A stretch of DNA of 64,000 bases, taken from Octopus vulgaris. Taxonomy: Eukaryota. Every line of letters begins with the position of its first letter. The first letter of the stretch is position 1. The notes below the pieces were generated by a model. It saw nothing but the letters and a program-made list of their open reading frames with translations, ran no database searches and was not told the DNA's origin. The stretch lies in contig OX597840.1 of NCBI GenBank assembly GCA_951406725.2, forward strand, positions 15,066,001 to 15,130,000. Direction: 5' to 3'. Shown piece after piece: positions 39,264 to 53,259 of the stretch. A program made the translations under genes and the position numbers.

Positions 39264-40866
39264 CTTTGAAGAGAGAAGGCATGTCATTATTGAGGTCATG
39301 AATAGCAATGAAACAACTTTAACAAACAAACAACCAATTGATTGTTTAACAACTTAAACAAATAACTGATTAGTTTGTTGGTTGGATATTTAATTGATCA
39401 ACTGACAATAAAGAAGTGGAATTGAACCAGTGTGTGTGTGTTTATTGTTAGTGTATCTTGCAAGCCAGATATAAAATAAAGACAGAAGCTACTAACATAA
39501 CCAACTTTTTTCATTATTAACAAAATTTAAAAGATTCCAAAATTGTAATGGGAAGTTGTATTAATTTAAACTTGAATAGCTTTAAACAGAACCAAGGGTG
39601 ATCTCAGACACATGATGGCACCAAAAGAGTTTAAAATTCTATGTTCTCTTTGATTGTTCTGTCAGTTTTATACATCTGTACTGGACTCCACCACCAACCA
39701 AAACATGAAAATTACCATTTTTGATTTTTAAAAGCAGATGTTTTTTAAAAAGAAAAATAGAAAGGAAGGAAAATTATTGAAAAGTGTTAAACTTAAAACT
39801 CCTAAAATTATTTTAAATTGAAAGAATAGAAAAAAAAATGTTTCGTCAATTTTTGATGAGTTTTTCTTTTATTGAAAAGAAAATGTTTTGGCACGAAAAT
39901 CATTTTGAACTGAGGGTTTCTTCACAGAAAGAATACAATTAATGGCACTGTAGACAATTCAACATTAGCACCTTTTATTTCACATCCATTTCACCCTAAT
40001 ATATACTATTTAAGGTTTGAGTGACCAGCCTATCATGTTATGCCAATACTTGGCTTCAATACAGCGAGGAAAATAAGTAAGAAACACAAACAGTGCTATA
40101 AATAACATCTTTCTTTGTTGGAGGAAAGAAAAATCTTGCCAATTGTATTGTTAAATTTCAAGTCTGAGAAACTTTTAAAGTTTTGGAACTTTAAACTTTC
40201 ATTTCATATTCTTCTTTCAGGAATTTTGTCCCCAATTCCATCAAATCTAGAGCTGTTGTCTCACTTTGTTCCATTAATATTGATAGCAAACTGACCGGTC
40301 ATTTTTGTGATCTTATTCACCCAGTGTAAATATAGTTATGAGCTTTAAGGAACAATATTGACCATTATTAGTGATGTTGGAAGTGAGGAAATGTCCTTAG
40401 AGAAATGGATACAGTTGGCATGTTCTTCAAGAGTTTTTGTTGTAGTATGAAGAGAAATACTCCTTGTGGTACCATAGCCTTCAGAAGTCTTGGAGCTATT
40501 GGGGTTAGTAGGTATAACATGGACCTTTAATATCAATATCTTCATTGGATTTAGATATTTATGAATTTTAGAAATTCTTACCAACTTTTGTACATTTCTA
40601 GTCACACTTTTCTTTATACTACACTCTTTTACTTGTTTCAGTCATGTGACTCTGGCCATGCTGGAGCACCACCTTTAGTCAAGCAAATCGACGCCAGGAC
40701 TTATTCTTTGTAAGCCTAGTACTTATTCTCTCGGTCTCTTTTGCCAAACTGCTAAGTTACGGGAACGCAAACACACCAGCATCGGTTTTCAAACGATGTT
40801 GTATATATATCATCATCATCATTTAACGTCCGTTTTCCATGCTAGCATGGGTTGGACTGCTAGCAT

Positions 40867-40909
<43 letters not shown>

Positions 40910-41119
40910 GTTTGTTGCTTGTCCCCCACCATTGCTTAGCAACTGATGTTGGTGTGCTTACGACCCCGTCATTTAGTGGTTCAGCAAAAAGAGACTGGTA
41001 GAATAAGTACTAAGCTTACAAAGAATAAGCCCTTGGGTTAATTTATTCAACTAAAGGTGGTGCTCCAGCATGGCCAAAGACAAATAACTGAAATAAGTAA
41101 AAGAATATATATATATGAG

Positions 41120-41466
41120 AGCTGCTGAGCCCCCCCCCTTTGGTCATGACTGACCATGGGATTGCACCTAGAAAGTTACCCTCCTAGGCACAAGTCCAGG
41201 CAAGGTTGTTTTATGGAAGACCTGTAGTTGCCCATGCATACCGGCGTCCCCTCTTCATGCCACTGATGTTATCCAAGGGAAAGACAAAGGTCGATACAGT
41301 TTGGCACCTGTGATGTTGCAACTCATTTCTACAGCTGAGTGAACTGGAGCAAAGGGAAATAAAGTGTCTTGCTCAAGAACACAACACACAGCCTGGTCTG
41401 GGATTCAAACTCACAACCTCATGATCAGAAGTTCAATGCTCTAGCCTCTGAGCCATTCGCCTTCAC
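41120..41466 (-). mobile_element. SINE family C
   Basis: Reverse complement of the 8239-8575 copy. Confidence 0.85.
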
Positions 41467-42170
41467 AATATATATATATATATATATATGGAGGTAAAGA
41501 GGCTGAGACCCTTTTAAGTGTTGTGCCTCACAGAGGCAATGATTGAAACCTATGCCATTATGTCGTGCTTGAGAAGAAGACCCATCAAGTCAAGCAAAAT
41601 CACAGCCACGGTAGATCACTGGTGTCATAAAAGCACTCTCTCGAGTGGTTGACACTAGGAAGGGCATCCAGTCTTAGAAACCATGCGAAATCAGACTGGA
41701 GTCTGGTACAGCATTCCAGCTTGCTAGCCCTCATCAAACTGTCCAGCCCATGCCAGCATTAAATGATGATGATGATGATGTGTCTCCTTGCTTTGTGTCT
41801 CCTTGCTTTGTGTCTCCTTGCCTTCATATTACATAATTGTCAGAAATGAGAGTCAGCTCTCCCCAACTCTGTCATTCTTTTCCAGTCTTCCATAAAAAAC
41901 GGCCAAGAGGAAATATTTTGCTGGGAAACAAGAGAAGGTTGGGAATGGGAATGGCACCTGGCCAAAGAAAATGTGCTTCAATGAATTTTGACTGACCCAC
42001 ACAAGCATGGGAAAATAGGTGTTACAATGACAATGTTTTATCTATCTATCTATCTGTATATCTATGCACCAATCTGTTTGTCTGTGTCTATCTATTTATC
42101 TATCTATCTGTCTGTATATCTATCTATCTATCTATTCTCTCTACCTATTTATTTATTTATCTATCAGTCA

Positions 42171-42202
<32 letters not shown>

Positions 42203-42309
42203 GTCTATCTATCTATCTATCTATCTATCTGTCTATCTATGCACCAGTCTGTCTGTGTCTATATATCTGTTTGTATATCTATCTCTCTACCCATTTATTT
42301 ATCTATCAG

Positions 42310-42683
42310 GCTTTTCTTCCCACGGATAAACCTTACTTGCTTTCCCCTTTACACCATATATCATAACACTGTGATACACGATCCCTATTGAATGTTCTTT
42401 TTTTCCTCTTCCCCTTTTTTTCCCCCTTTTTTCTTCTTTTTTCATTTCTCTTTTTTGTTCCTTTTCCTTTTCTTTTTTTTCTTTTTATTCTTTTTATTTT
42501 TTATCTTATTTATTTATTTTTGTTCTTTTCTTCCCTCTTATGATCCCTCTTGATCGAAAACCTACGCCACTCCCTTTTTCTTTTTTTTTTCTTTTGTTTT
42601 TTGTTTTCTTCATCCCCCAAAAGAAAAGCTCTACCTTGTAACTTGTCCCATCTGTGTGCAGCCCTGTGTGGCCAATAAAGAAA
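42310..42683 (+). mobile_element. Probable LINE 3'UTR fragment inserted in (TCTA)n
   Basis: Pyrimidine-rich block ending TGTCCCATCTGTGTGCAGCCCTGTGTGGCCAATAAAGAAA, flanked by (TCTA)n on both sides. Confidence 0.55.
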
Positions 42684-43824
42684 CTTATCAATCAATCTAT
42701 CTGTCTGTCTGTCTGTCTATGCACCAATCTGTCTGTCTATGTCTATCTATTTATCTATCTATCTATATATCTATCTATCTATCTATCTGCCTGTCTGTCT
42801 GTGTCTATTTATCTCTCTCTCTCTATTTATCTATCTATCTGTCTGTCTATCTATCTATCTGTCTGTCTGTCTATCTGTCTATATATCTATCTATCTATCT
42901 CTCTATCTATCTATCTATTTATCTATGCACCAATCTGTCTATGTCTATCTATCTATCTATCTATTCATCGATCGATTGATATATCTATAGAAATACATAT
43001 ACAATGGGCTTCTTCCAGTTTCCCTCTACCAAATCTACTCAGAAGGCTTTGGTCAGTCCAGGTTTATATCAGAAGTAACTTGCCCATGATGCCATGCAGT
43101 GGGATTCAACCTGAAGCCATATCACTGAGACACAAACTTATATCTGAACCTATAATTTCTGTAATTAAGGACCAGTATTTTTGGTTGGGTTTGCATGGGT
43201 TAAAATTTACTGCCTTTCAGCACCAGCTAGTTGTATAAATTAAATTTGAATATTTTTCTTGGGTTTCAGCCATTCTTTTCCCGGATCTTCACCTTTAACC
43301 CTGTTAAAATACTCAGGAATACTCAGACAGAATGATTTCCTATTTTATGAGCTGTAAAACAATTTCTGTTACTATGGCTGTTTTCATTTGCTAATAAGGT
43401 TTCCCAGCCAAGAATTCTGACTGAAGCCATCAAGCATTTCAAGATTTGTTGCCAAGGTTGTTGTTCTTGCATAATTTTCTGCTAATTAATAGCCTTCTTG
43501 TTTTATCAGTCGTAGCTCATTAGAAAATTGAAATAAAGAGATCTAATGTAGCTGTGTTCTAAATTTAATTAAGTGTTATTAGTGTTGGAAACAATAAATT
43601 GGTCAGGGTCTAATATTGAGCTGTGAACAATAGGCATGGCTGTGTGGCTTGGAAGTCCATCTGGCAACCTCATAGCCTGGGGTCCAGTCCCAAGGCTTGG
43701 CATCTTGAACAAACGTCTTCTACTCTAGTGATGGGCAAACTGGGTCTTGGAAATAAATTCGATAGATGGAAATTATGAACAAGCTTGTTGTGTGTGTATG
43801 TATATTTATGTCTGTATGTAGGCA

Positions 43825-44260
43825 TCATTATCATCATCATCATTTAATGTCCGTTTTCCATGATGGCATGGGAAAGACAGGGTAACTGAAAACTGGTACG
43901 CTGGGGAGTTGCATGAGGTTCCAATCTGATTTAGCTTGGTTTCTACAGCTGGATGCCCTTCCCTAATGCCAACAACTTCAAGAGTGTAGTGGGTGCTTTT
44001 CATGTGCCACCGGCATGGGTGCCAGTTACGAAACACCGCCATTGGCTACAACTGCAATTTCACTTGGCTTGACAGGTTTTCTCAAGCACGTTATATTGCC
44101 AAAGGTCTCGGTCATTTGTCACCACCTCCGTGAGGCCCAAAGTTCAAAGGGTGCTTTTCACGTGTCACCTGCATGAGTGCCAAGTACACAACACTGACAC
44201 CAGCCATGACTACAATTTCACTTGGCTTGATGGATCTTCTCAAGAACAGCATATTGCTCA
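43825..44260 (-). mobile_element. RTE-tail element
   Basis: (CAT)n-TTTAATGTCCGTTTTCCATG...GGATGCCCTTCC, with an internal duplication of CAATTTCACTTGGCTTGA. Confidence 0.75.
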
Positions 44261-44323
44261 TATATATATATACATAGCATCCTTCAAAGAATAATATTAA
44301 CCTTAGTTCTATAAACTCATAAT

Positions 44324-44438
44324 AACCCTGAAGAAGTTCTGCCCCATATAGTTAAAAAGGATACCTTTCTCTTTATATAATCAAATGCTTAGAATTGCAG
44401 ATCAGCTAGGGGATAGAACTGAAGCATATATGTAGGAT
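44324..44438 (+). ncRNA. Type I hammerhead ribozyme motif with one core mutation (GAAA>GAAG)
   Basis: CC-CTGAAGA(44328-34)-AGTTCT-GCCCC...GGGG-AT-AGAACT-GAAG-CATATATG (palindrome)-TA-GG. Confidence 0.65.
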
Positions 44439-44534
44439 TTTTTTCACATCTCCCATTTTCTTTTCTCAGCTTTACTGCTCATAATTTATTTGTATTACTA
44501 TATTTTAAAAAAATTTCAACATCTTTATATCATA

Positions 44535-44698
44535 GGCGCAGGAGTGGCTGTGTGGTAAGTAGCTTGCTAACCAACCACATGGTCCGGGTTCAGTCCCACT
44601 GCGTGGCATCTTGGGCAAGTGTCTTCTACTATAGCCTTGGGCCGACCAATGCCTTGTGAGTGGATTTGGTAGACGGAAACTGAAAGAAGCCTGTCGTA

Positions 44699-44749
<51 letters not shown>

Positions 44750-44943
44750 ATGTCTGTGTTTGTTCCCCTAGCATTGCTGGTGTGTTTACGTCCCCGTCAC
44801 TTAGCGGTTCGGCAAAAGAGACCGATAGAATAAGTACTGGGCTTACAAAGAATAAGTCCCGGGGTCGATTTGCTCGACTAAAGGCAGTGCTCCAGCATGG
44901 CCGCAGTCAAATGACTGAAACAAGTAAAAGAGTAAAGAGAGAG
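44535..44943 (+). mobile_element. SINE family A, young full-length copy (CpGs retained)
   Basis: Similarity to the other copies. Confidence 0.9.
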
Positions 44944-46174
44944 TATACAAATAAATTATTCATACATCCATCTTTCTCCATTTTCTTTCTTTCAATTTTA
45001 ATAATATGTATTACTATAATAATCCCTAACATATCGCAGAGACTTTCTCATTATATGGATAGTAATTAACCAGTGGAATCCTTTTTGGATTATATAATCC
45101 CTAATGTGGATCTAACCTCCTCGAATTGACTATATGTATATATTAGGTTACTTTAAATACAAACCATTGACTCTGCAACACTGTATATAAATTCCCTCCT
45201 GGGAATGACCAGGTTTAGAAATCTGCTGGATCTCACTCATAGGAGAATCTTATATTGCTTATAAACTCTATATTTGGAAGGACCCATTTTAAACTCTGTT
45301 GGACTTTTGGACTTTACTCAAAGGATATTGGAATATTGCATATATACCATTATGTATATAAAATGGATTTACAACTTCAACACCCATACATATCTTGCAT
45401 CTATTTTCTTTCCTCCACCTCACTCTCTATTTTGCATCACAGCGAAACTAACTATGACTTAACTTTCCTCTCACACCGTCTCCTATGAAGGGATATTATT
45501 AAATATTAACCTAGAAACAGCTGTAAGACCTTCTATCTATAAATGCTCTAATATCTATACAGCCTTGGTTTTTTATCTTATATATATATATTCCAATATG
45601 AAATGGAAGCAGCTCAGGGTATATAAACAAAATCAAATACACATACCCAAGGTATGTGTTGTTAGTTCATGGGTCGGCTGCATAAAAAAGTATATTCTCA
45701 ATGCACCGTGTGTGTGTGTGTATCTTTGTGCCTGTGTTATTCCCCACCCTGCTTGACAACTGGTGTTAGTGTGTTTACATCCCCATAACTTAGTTTTTCA
45801 GCAATAGATATGACAGAATAAGTACCAAGCTTTAAAAAAATTCTTCACGATGCCCCAGCATGGTCGCAGTCTGATGACTGAAACAAGTAAAAGACAAAAT
45901 ATATCACATTATCGTATTTTTCCATTCCTTATATTTTTATACAAATTGTTTTCTTGAAACAATTTATGCAAAATCTGTGGCCCTCAAAGTTCTGTACTGT
46001 GCCTCACCCAGAAAGCTGCTCCCAAAGAGACTCCCTTATTGCCCTAATGGAAGCAGCAACCCTGGATTCTATTCAAGAATTTGCAGAATTAGTTTTATAG
46101 AAATGCCTTGTTCTGTGTTTTGCTTCTGTGTTCTTATTCCTTGTGTGTTTTGGTGCAAGAAACAACTGGAAGAA

Positions 46175-46780
46175 GCACAACCACCATAACTACAATACCC
46201 ACCACCATCACCACCACAACCACAACAACAACCATCAGCAGAACCACTACCACAACCACAGCAACAACTATCAGCACAACCACCACTACCACAACCACCA
46301 CCACATCACCACAACCACCACCACCACATCACTACAACTGCCACAACAACCACCACAACCATCACTACTACAGCCACCACAACACCACCACCACCACAGC
46401 ACCACAACTACCACTACTACAACCACCACCATAGCCGCTAGCACAACAAAAACCACCAACATCACAACCACCACCACCACAACCACCACTACTGTAATCA
46501 CCATCACTTCCACAACAACCACCAACACAACCACCACCACTACCACAACCACCACCTCATCACTACAACTGCCACAACCATCACTACTACAGCCACCACA
46601 ACACCACCACCACTACTACAACCACCACAACAACCATCAGCACAATCACTACTACCATCACCATAACTACCACCACAACCCCACTACCGTCAACACAATC
46701 ACAACCACCACCATAGCCAGCAGCACAACAACAACCACCAACATCACAACTACAACCACCACTACAACCACCACCACACC
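46175..46780. repeat. (ACC)/(ACA) low-complexity tract
   Basis: Seen directly. Confidence 0.85.
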
Positions 46781-46854
46781 TCTATACACACAATAACACT
46801 CTGCAAACCAAAGTACAAAACAAACAAACAAAAAAAAAAAAGAAACCCACTCAC

Positions 46855-46950
46855 CAATTCCACAGAGACAACCCCAAAATCTTCAAATCATGGCCCGAAG
46901 GCAAAGACAGGGAGGAAGCACTTTAACCATTCAAAAGTAACGACTCCGCA
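46855..46950 (-). other. Candidate non-coding exon (96 nt; alternative acceptor would start it at 47102)
   Basis: Donor g|gtgagt; acceptors tctatttaatttggacag or tgtttactgtttctttcatacag; stops in all three frames. Confidence 0.4.
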
Positions 46951-47863
46951 CTGTCCAAATTAAATAGATAATTTAATAGGTTTGCATACCTAACTCCACC
47001 CCCACCTGTTCCCACCCCACCCCCTCCTGCAGAAATCACGTCTTAGATTTGGTCCATCAAGTAGTGTTGTAGAAGCTGTTGTTGTTGTTGTTGATGCTGC
47101 TGCTGTATGAAAGAAACAGTAAACAACGCAGCGCAGCAGAAATTTGTCCCTAAGTTAAAACCGGACAATAGTTCTTTTGCTCAATTTACCAATGTTGGTT
47201 TGTTGGTTTGTTTATTTTTGGTTGTTGTTGTTTTTTTCTTCATATTTTTCCTTGTCCGTCCTTCCACGCATTCAGTTCTCAACTATTTCGGAGACATTTT
47301 ATTTGTCTTTCAGCTGTCTTCCATCATCTTACTTGTTCCATTCATTAGTCTGCGCCCATGCTAGGGCACCACCTTGAACAATCTTGAGCCAAACTATTCG
47401 ATTCGACTCCATTTAAGCCTGGTATTTATTCTATTGATTACTTTTGACAAACTGCTAAGTTACAGGGACATAAACACACCAAAATCGGTGTGATGGAAGA
47501 CAAACTACAAACAAAACACAAAAACTCACATGTATATGATGGGCTTCTTTCAGTTTCCATCTACCAAATCCAAATCCATTCACAAGGCTTTAGTGGCCCC
47601 AGAATCATAGTAGAAGACACTTACCCAAAGTGCCATGCAATGGGACTGAATCCAGAACCATATGGTTGGGAAGCAAGCTTCTTACCACACAGCCAAGCCT
47701 GTGCCTGTGTTTGGCTCCCACCACTGCTTGACAAATAGTGTTTACATTCCTGTAACTTAGCAGTTTGGCAAAAAGTGAATGATAGAATAAGTACTGAGGT
47801 CGATTTCTTTGACTAAAATTTCAGGGTGGTGCCCCAGTATGGCCACAGTTAAATGACTGCAAG

Positions 47864-48832
47864 CTAGAAGTTGTAGTTAGCTTCTGTTAGGTGACCAAGT
47901 TAGTAGTGGAGGTGGATGCTCAGTGAGAGTAAGATTAGGCTGGGCAAAGTTCAGGGAGCACCCACCCCTGCTGGCATCAAAGGGCCTTTCTCACAGAGTG
48001 AAAGGCAGATTGTTTGATGCCTGTGTGCAAACAGCTATGCTACATGACAATGAAACATGGGCTATGACAGCCAAGGCTTGAAAGAAATGAAGTCAGTATG
48101 CTTCACTGGATGTGCAATGTCAGTGTGCATGTTTGACAGAATGTAAACATCTTGAGAGAAAAGTTGGGTATAAGAAGAATCAGATGTTGTGTGCAAGAGA
48201 GACGACTGCACTGGTATGGTCATGTGATGTGTATGGTTGAGGACAGCTGTGTAAAGAAGTGCTGATCTCAACTGTGCAGGGAACATGTGAAAGAGGTAGA
48301 CCCAGGAAGACATGGGACAAGGGGGTGAAGCATGATCTCCAAACTTTGGGCCTCACAGAGGCAATGCCTGGTGACTGAGACCTTTGGCAATGTGCTCTGC
48401 TTGAGAGGACCCGTCAAGCCTAGTGCACCCGTGCTGGTGGTACGTAAAGAACATATTTTGAACATTGGGCCTCAAGGAGGCAAAGTGCCTGAGTTCCTTT
48501 CAAGGATTAGGGCTCACGGAGGCAAAGTGGGTGAGTTCCTTTCGAGTGTTGGGCCTCTCGGCGGCAACGACCAAGATCTCTGGCATTATGTCATGCTTGA
48601 GAAGAGGACCCATCAAGCTGAACAAAACCACAGTCATTGCAGGTACTGGTGTCATGCAAATGGCATGTTAAAGCACACATTACACTGTTGGAGTGGTTGG
48701 CATTAGGAAGGGCATACAACTATAGAAACCATGCCAAAATCAGACTGACATCTGATGCAGCCTTCCAGCGTGCCAACCCTGGTCAAGCTGTCCAACCCAT
48801 GCCAGCATGGACAGCAGATGTTAAATGATGAT
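47864..48832 (+). mobile_element. RTE-clade LINE 3' fragment plus 3'UTR and (GAT)n tail
   Basis: Translates with frameshifts as SSGGGC, VRLGWAKFRE, KGLSHRVKGRLFDACVQTAMLH.NETWA, RRLHWYGHV and GRPRKTW. Confidence 0.85.
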
Positions 48833-49453
48833 GTATGTATAACCATGCACACAAACATACACACATGCACACAGCTACTAGAAGCATTCATTCTTGCATA
48901 TGTACAGGACCATACACCCGTTCTCCCACATACACTCCTGTATATACAGTTTTACACAAACACATACATAAATACATATGGTAAACAGACACACACATAC
49001 ACACACATATGCCTATATGTATATAATCACATATATGGATACAGACTCTTAACACACATGCACACTCACACACAAGTACCTAACATCAACAAACCAAAGA
49101 AATCACCAAAGTGTCTCTCTTAAATATATTCACCTGAAGGGAAATGTAAAAATATATACACTTACTTGCAAACATATATATCTATATACATACATGTCAG
49201 TTGTGTGTATATAAATGTACACACATACATTCTGATATTTATGTGTGTATATATCTATATCTTTGCTGTCACTCCCTCCCTCTCTCTACATACATATGTA
49301 TATATATGTGTATATGTGTGTATGCATGCATGTATGTATGTATAAATATATGCACATACACACAGTTGTGTGCATGTATTAACATGAAATAAGACTCTCA
49401 ATCAAATACATACATACATACATACATACATACATACATACATACATACATAG

Positions 49454-49499
<46 letters not shown>

Positions 49500-49619
49500 A
49501 GGGAGAGTTGTGTTGAAACATATATTAGTGGACCTTTTAGCAAACATGAAATTCAGCCCTCAATCAACTATATATATGCCTGTGTGTGTACATATATAGA
49601 TATATATACATATATAGAC

Positions 49620-49650
<31 letters not shown>

Positions 49651-49799
49651 CAGACACATACATACAAACATACAAACATGCATGCATAAATATATACATA
49701 CATAAAAAGACAGACAAACAGAGAGATAGTGATATATATGCTATATATATATATATATCACCCACTGTTATATTTCCATCTGTTTCTCTCTCTCACCCA

Positions 49800-49897
<98 letters not shown>

Positions 49898-50624
49898 ATA
49901 GAGAGAGAGAGGAGAGACAGACAGACAGATAGATATGTATATATAGTAATATGATTGTACATTAAGAGTTCTACTTTACATTAACAAGATGACCAGAACA
50001 CACACACCCTCCCCACCCACCAGAGACTCATTTACACATATAAGCATGCAACACACACTCTATACAACATAATTCACCCATATTCTTGTCTCGGATTAGA
50101 TTTGCATTCATTGGAGAAAGAGAGAGAGAGAGGGGGAGAGAGGGCTCCATTCACCTCCATCACCTCCACCACCACCATTATACCTCTCTATACTTCAATA
50201 AAAAAATGGTGGTGGTGGTGATGTATGGAGAAGAGGAGGGGCAACTGAAAAATGCAATGCGCTGTTAGTGATGGTTATGATGGTGATTACTATAGTAATA
50301 GTATTGATGGTGGTGGTCACCATGGTAGTGATGGTGGTTATGAGGAGGGCGAGTTGTGGGTGGTAGTGGTTGGTGATGAAGATTGTGTTATCATGGCGAT
50401 GGTGGTGGTGGTGGTGGTGGTGACAATAATGACAATTGTACAATTTGTGATGATGATGGTAATGACAATCATGGTGGTGACGGTGGTGAAGGGGAGCAGT
50501 CGTTTCCAAGGAAATTCCTTGTAACCCCAGAACAGTTGGATTGGTGTCCCCTTAACGTCTGTGACCTGAACCTCTGCATTGAAGTATGTTCCCTGTAAAG
50601 TTGTGAGTATTGATGAAGCTAATA

Positions 50625-51035
50625 TTGGTTTCAAATTTAGGCACAAGGCCAGCAATGTTGGGGAGGAGCTAAGTCGATTGTGTTGATCCCAGTATCCAAC
50701 TGGTATTTATTTTATCAACTCTGAAAAGATGAAAGGAAGAGTCAACCTCAGTGGAATTTGAACCCAGAACATAAAGACAGATGAAATGCCACCAGGCATT
50801 CTGCCTGGCACACTAACAGCTCTGCAAATCACTGCCTTCGATGATGCCCTTATTAGTTTCAAATTTTGGCACAATGCCAGCAACTTTAGGGTAGGGGTAA
50901 GTTGATTATATCAACCCCAGTGCTCAACTGGTACTTATTTTATCAACTCTGAAAGGATGAAAGAAAAAGTCAACATCAGTGGAATTTGATCTCAGAATGT
51001 AAAGACAGACAAGATGTTGCTAAGCATTTTTTTCG
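50625..51035 (-). mobile_element. Two tandem SINE B copies
   Basis: Reverse-complement family B motifs. Confidence 0.8.
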
Positions 51036-51149
51036 GAGATGCTAATATTGACAGAAATGGTATCTTCTATCAGACTGCTGGTCATCACTTCATCTCATGT
51101 TGTGTTTCAAAATTATGTTCTTAAAATCAAAAACATTGCCCAGCCATGG

Positions 51150-51690
51150 GGTAAATGTCTTACTTTGAGACAAGTGAAGGGTGATGACAAGAAGGACATC
51201 CGGACACAGAAACATCCACTTTAATGAATTCCATCTGATCCATGCCAGCATGGCAAAGCAGATTTTTAATTGTTTACTTGAGAAGACCCATGAATCCTAA
51301 GTAAAATCATAATCATGGTCAATGCCAGTGTTACATAACTGGAACCCATGCTGGTGGCACTTAAAAGCACCCTTCAAACATTGAGTCTCTTGAGAGGCAA
51401 TGACTAGTGACCAAGACCTTTGGTGATATGCCATGCTTGAGAAGACTATAAAACCAAGTGAAATCATAGTCATGACCGATACCAGTGTCACATAACTGGA
51501 ACCCATGCCGGTGGCACGTAAAAAGCACCATTACACTCTTGGAGTGGTTGGCATCAGGAAGGGCATCCAGTCATAGAAACCATGCCTAAACAGACTGGAA
51601 CCTGACATAGCTCTACAGCCTACCAGTTTCGGTCAAACCATCGAACCTATGCCAACGTGGAAAGTAGACACTAAATGATGATGATGATGT
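51150..51690 (+). mobile_element. RTE-tail elements
   Basis: GAGTGGTTGGCATCAGGAAGGGCATCCAG..(GAT)n, with an internal duplication of CCAGTGTYACATAACTGGAACCCATGC. Confidence 0.75.
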
Positions 51691-51931
51691 TGACAATCAT
51701 GATGACAAAGCAATGATGAATTGGAATTAAAGATGTCAGTTGACCAATGGATGTAAATGCTGCATTCAAAATTAATGAAAAAAGGACCATTTAGAGTAAA
51801 CATCATTAGAACCTAGTTTTCTACCTTGATTTGATTTCTTCCTCCATTTGTAAACCGTTATGATTTCTGTATACCTGGGTGCATTACTAAATATCTCGAG
51901 GGGTTATCACAAAAAGCTGGCATTTGTCAGG

Positions 51932-52325
51932 AAAATGAAATAGAAAAATTTCACAAAAATTATTGGTTCTGGTTTAGGTAAAAAGCCAGTAATTTGAAGG
52001 AAAGAGGACATCAGCTAATACCGTTGACCCAACCATATGGCTGGTACTTTATTTTTATGACTTCAAAAGGATTAAAGGCAAAGTTGACCTCAGCAGGATT
52101 TGAACTCGAAAGGTAAAGAACCAGAAAAAAAATGAAATAGAAAAATTTCACAAAAATTATTGGTTCTGGTTCAGGTAAAAAGCCAGTAATTTGAAGGGAA
52201 GAGGACATCAGCTAATACCGTTGACCCAACCATATGGCTGGTACTTTATTTTTATGACTTCAAAAGGATTAAAGGCAAAGTTGACCTCAGCAGGATTTGA
52301 ACTCGAAAGGTAAAGAACCAGAGAA
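51932..52325. repeat. Recent 197-bp tandem duplication (2 copies)
   Basis: 51932-52128 and 52129-52325 differ at about 2 internal positions; the unit includes an old SINE B fragment. Confidence 0.92.
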
Positions 52326-52919
52326 AAAAAATGCTTTCAAAGCACTTTTACAATTTCTCTGAAAATTCTGTTGCCAGTTAAAAATTGTAAAAATTCAGTT
52401 TGTAACAGTGAAAACAATGGAATTCTTTGTTAAAAACCAGCACGGTATCACTTTGCTATTGTTCTTGTACAAATTCCAATAATGGCATTCTGTTTTGGTG
52501 TAAGAAACCAGTTTTCTTTATCACAAGAATTTGAAGAATTAAAACAGAATTAGATGCAAGCATATTGTGTACGTGCACCCTCACAAACACATACACACAC
52601 ACATATGCATATGTGCATGTGTAGGTGTGTGTGTATATATACACACACGTACATATTGTATGTCCACTGTATACATTGTCATACACATACAGTATACATA
52701 CATAAATACGTTGTATACACATGCACATAACATACATACATGTGCATATATAATTAAATACACCAAACAAAAAAATATATAAAAGCTGTTTTATATGCAA
52801 TTAATCTATTGAGGCGTAGGAGGAACTGATTTGCATATTTTAACATTTGCATATACTTGGAGTCATTGAATAATACAGTATTCTTTGAAAATTCTAAATG
52901 TATGTATACAGAAATATAT

Positions 52920-53071
52920 ATATAATACTACTACTACTACTACTACTACTATATATGTAAGTATAAAGACATATACACCTACATATATAGTATATATGAA
53001 TATATATATATATGCACACATATAAATGTATATATATATATATGTATGTATACATATATATATATACACAC

Positions 53072-53108
<37 letters not shown>

Positions 53109-53112
53109 TATA

Positions 53113-53155
<43 letters not shown>

Positions 53156-53218
53156 GTATATATATATATATATGTATATATGTATATATATATGTATATA
53201 TGTATATATATATATGTA

Positions 53219-53259
<41 letters not shown>

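Noticed and set aside
40330-40605. 86-aa minus ORF faintly resembling a LINE gag-like region
   Set aside because: Similarity too weak to call without a profile search.
50500-50600. Possible exon (GTYFNAEVQVTDVKGTPIQLFWGYKEFPWKR on minus, or a plus-strand gtatgt donor)
   Set aside because: No convincing acceptor-donor pair on one strand; the TACAGGG end suggests a transposon terminus remnant instead.
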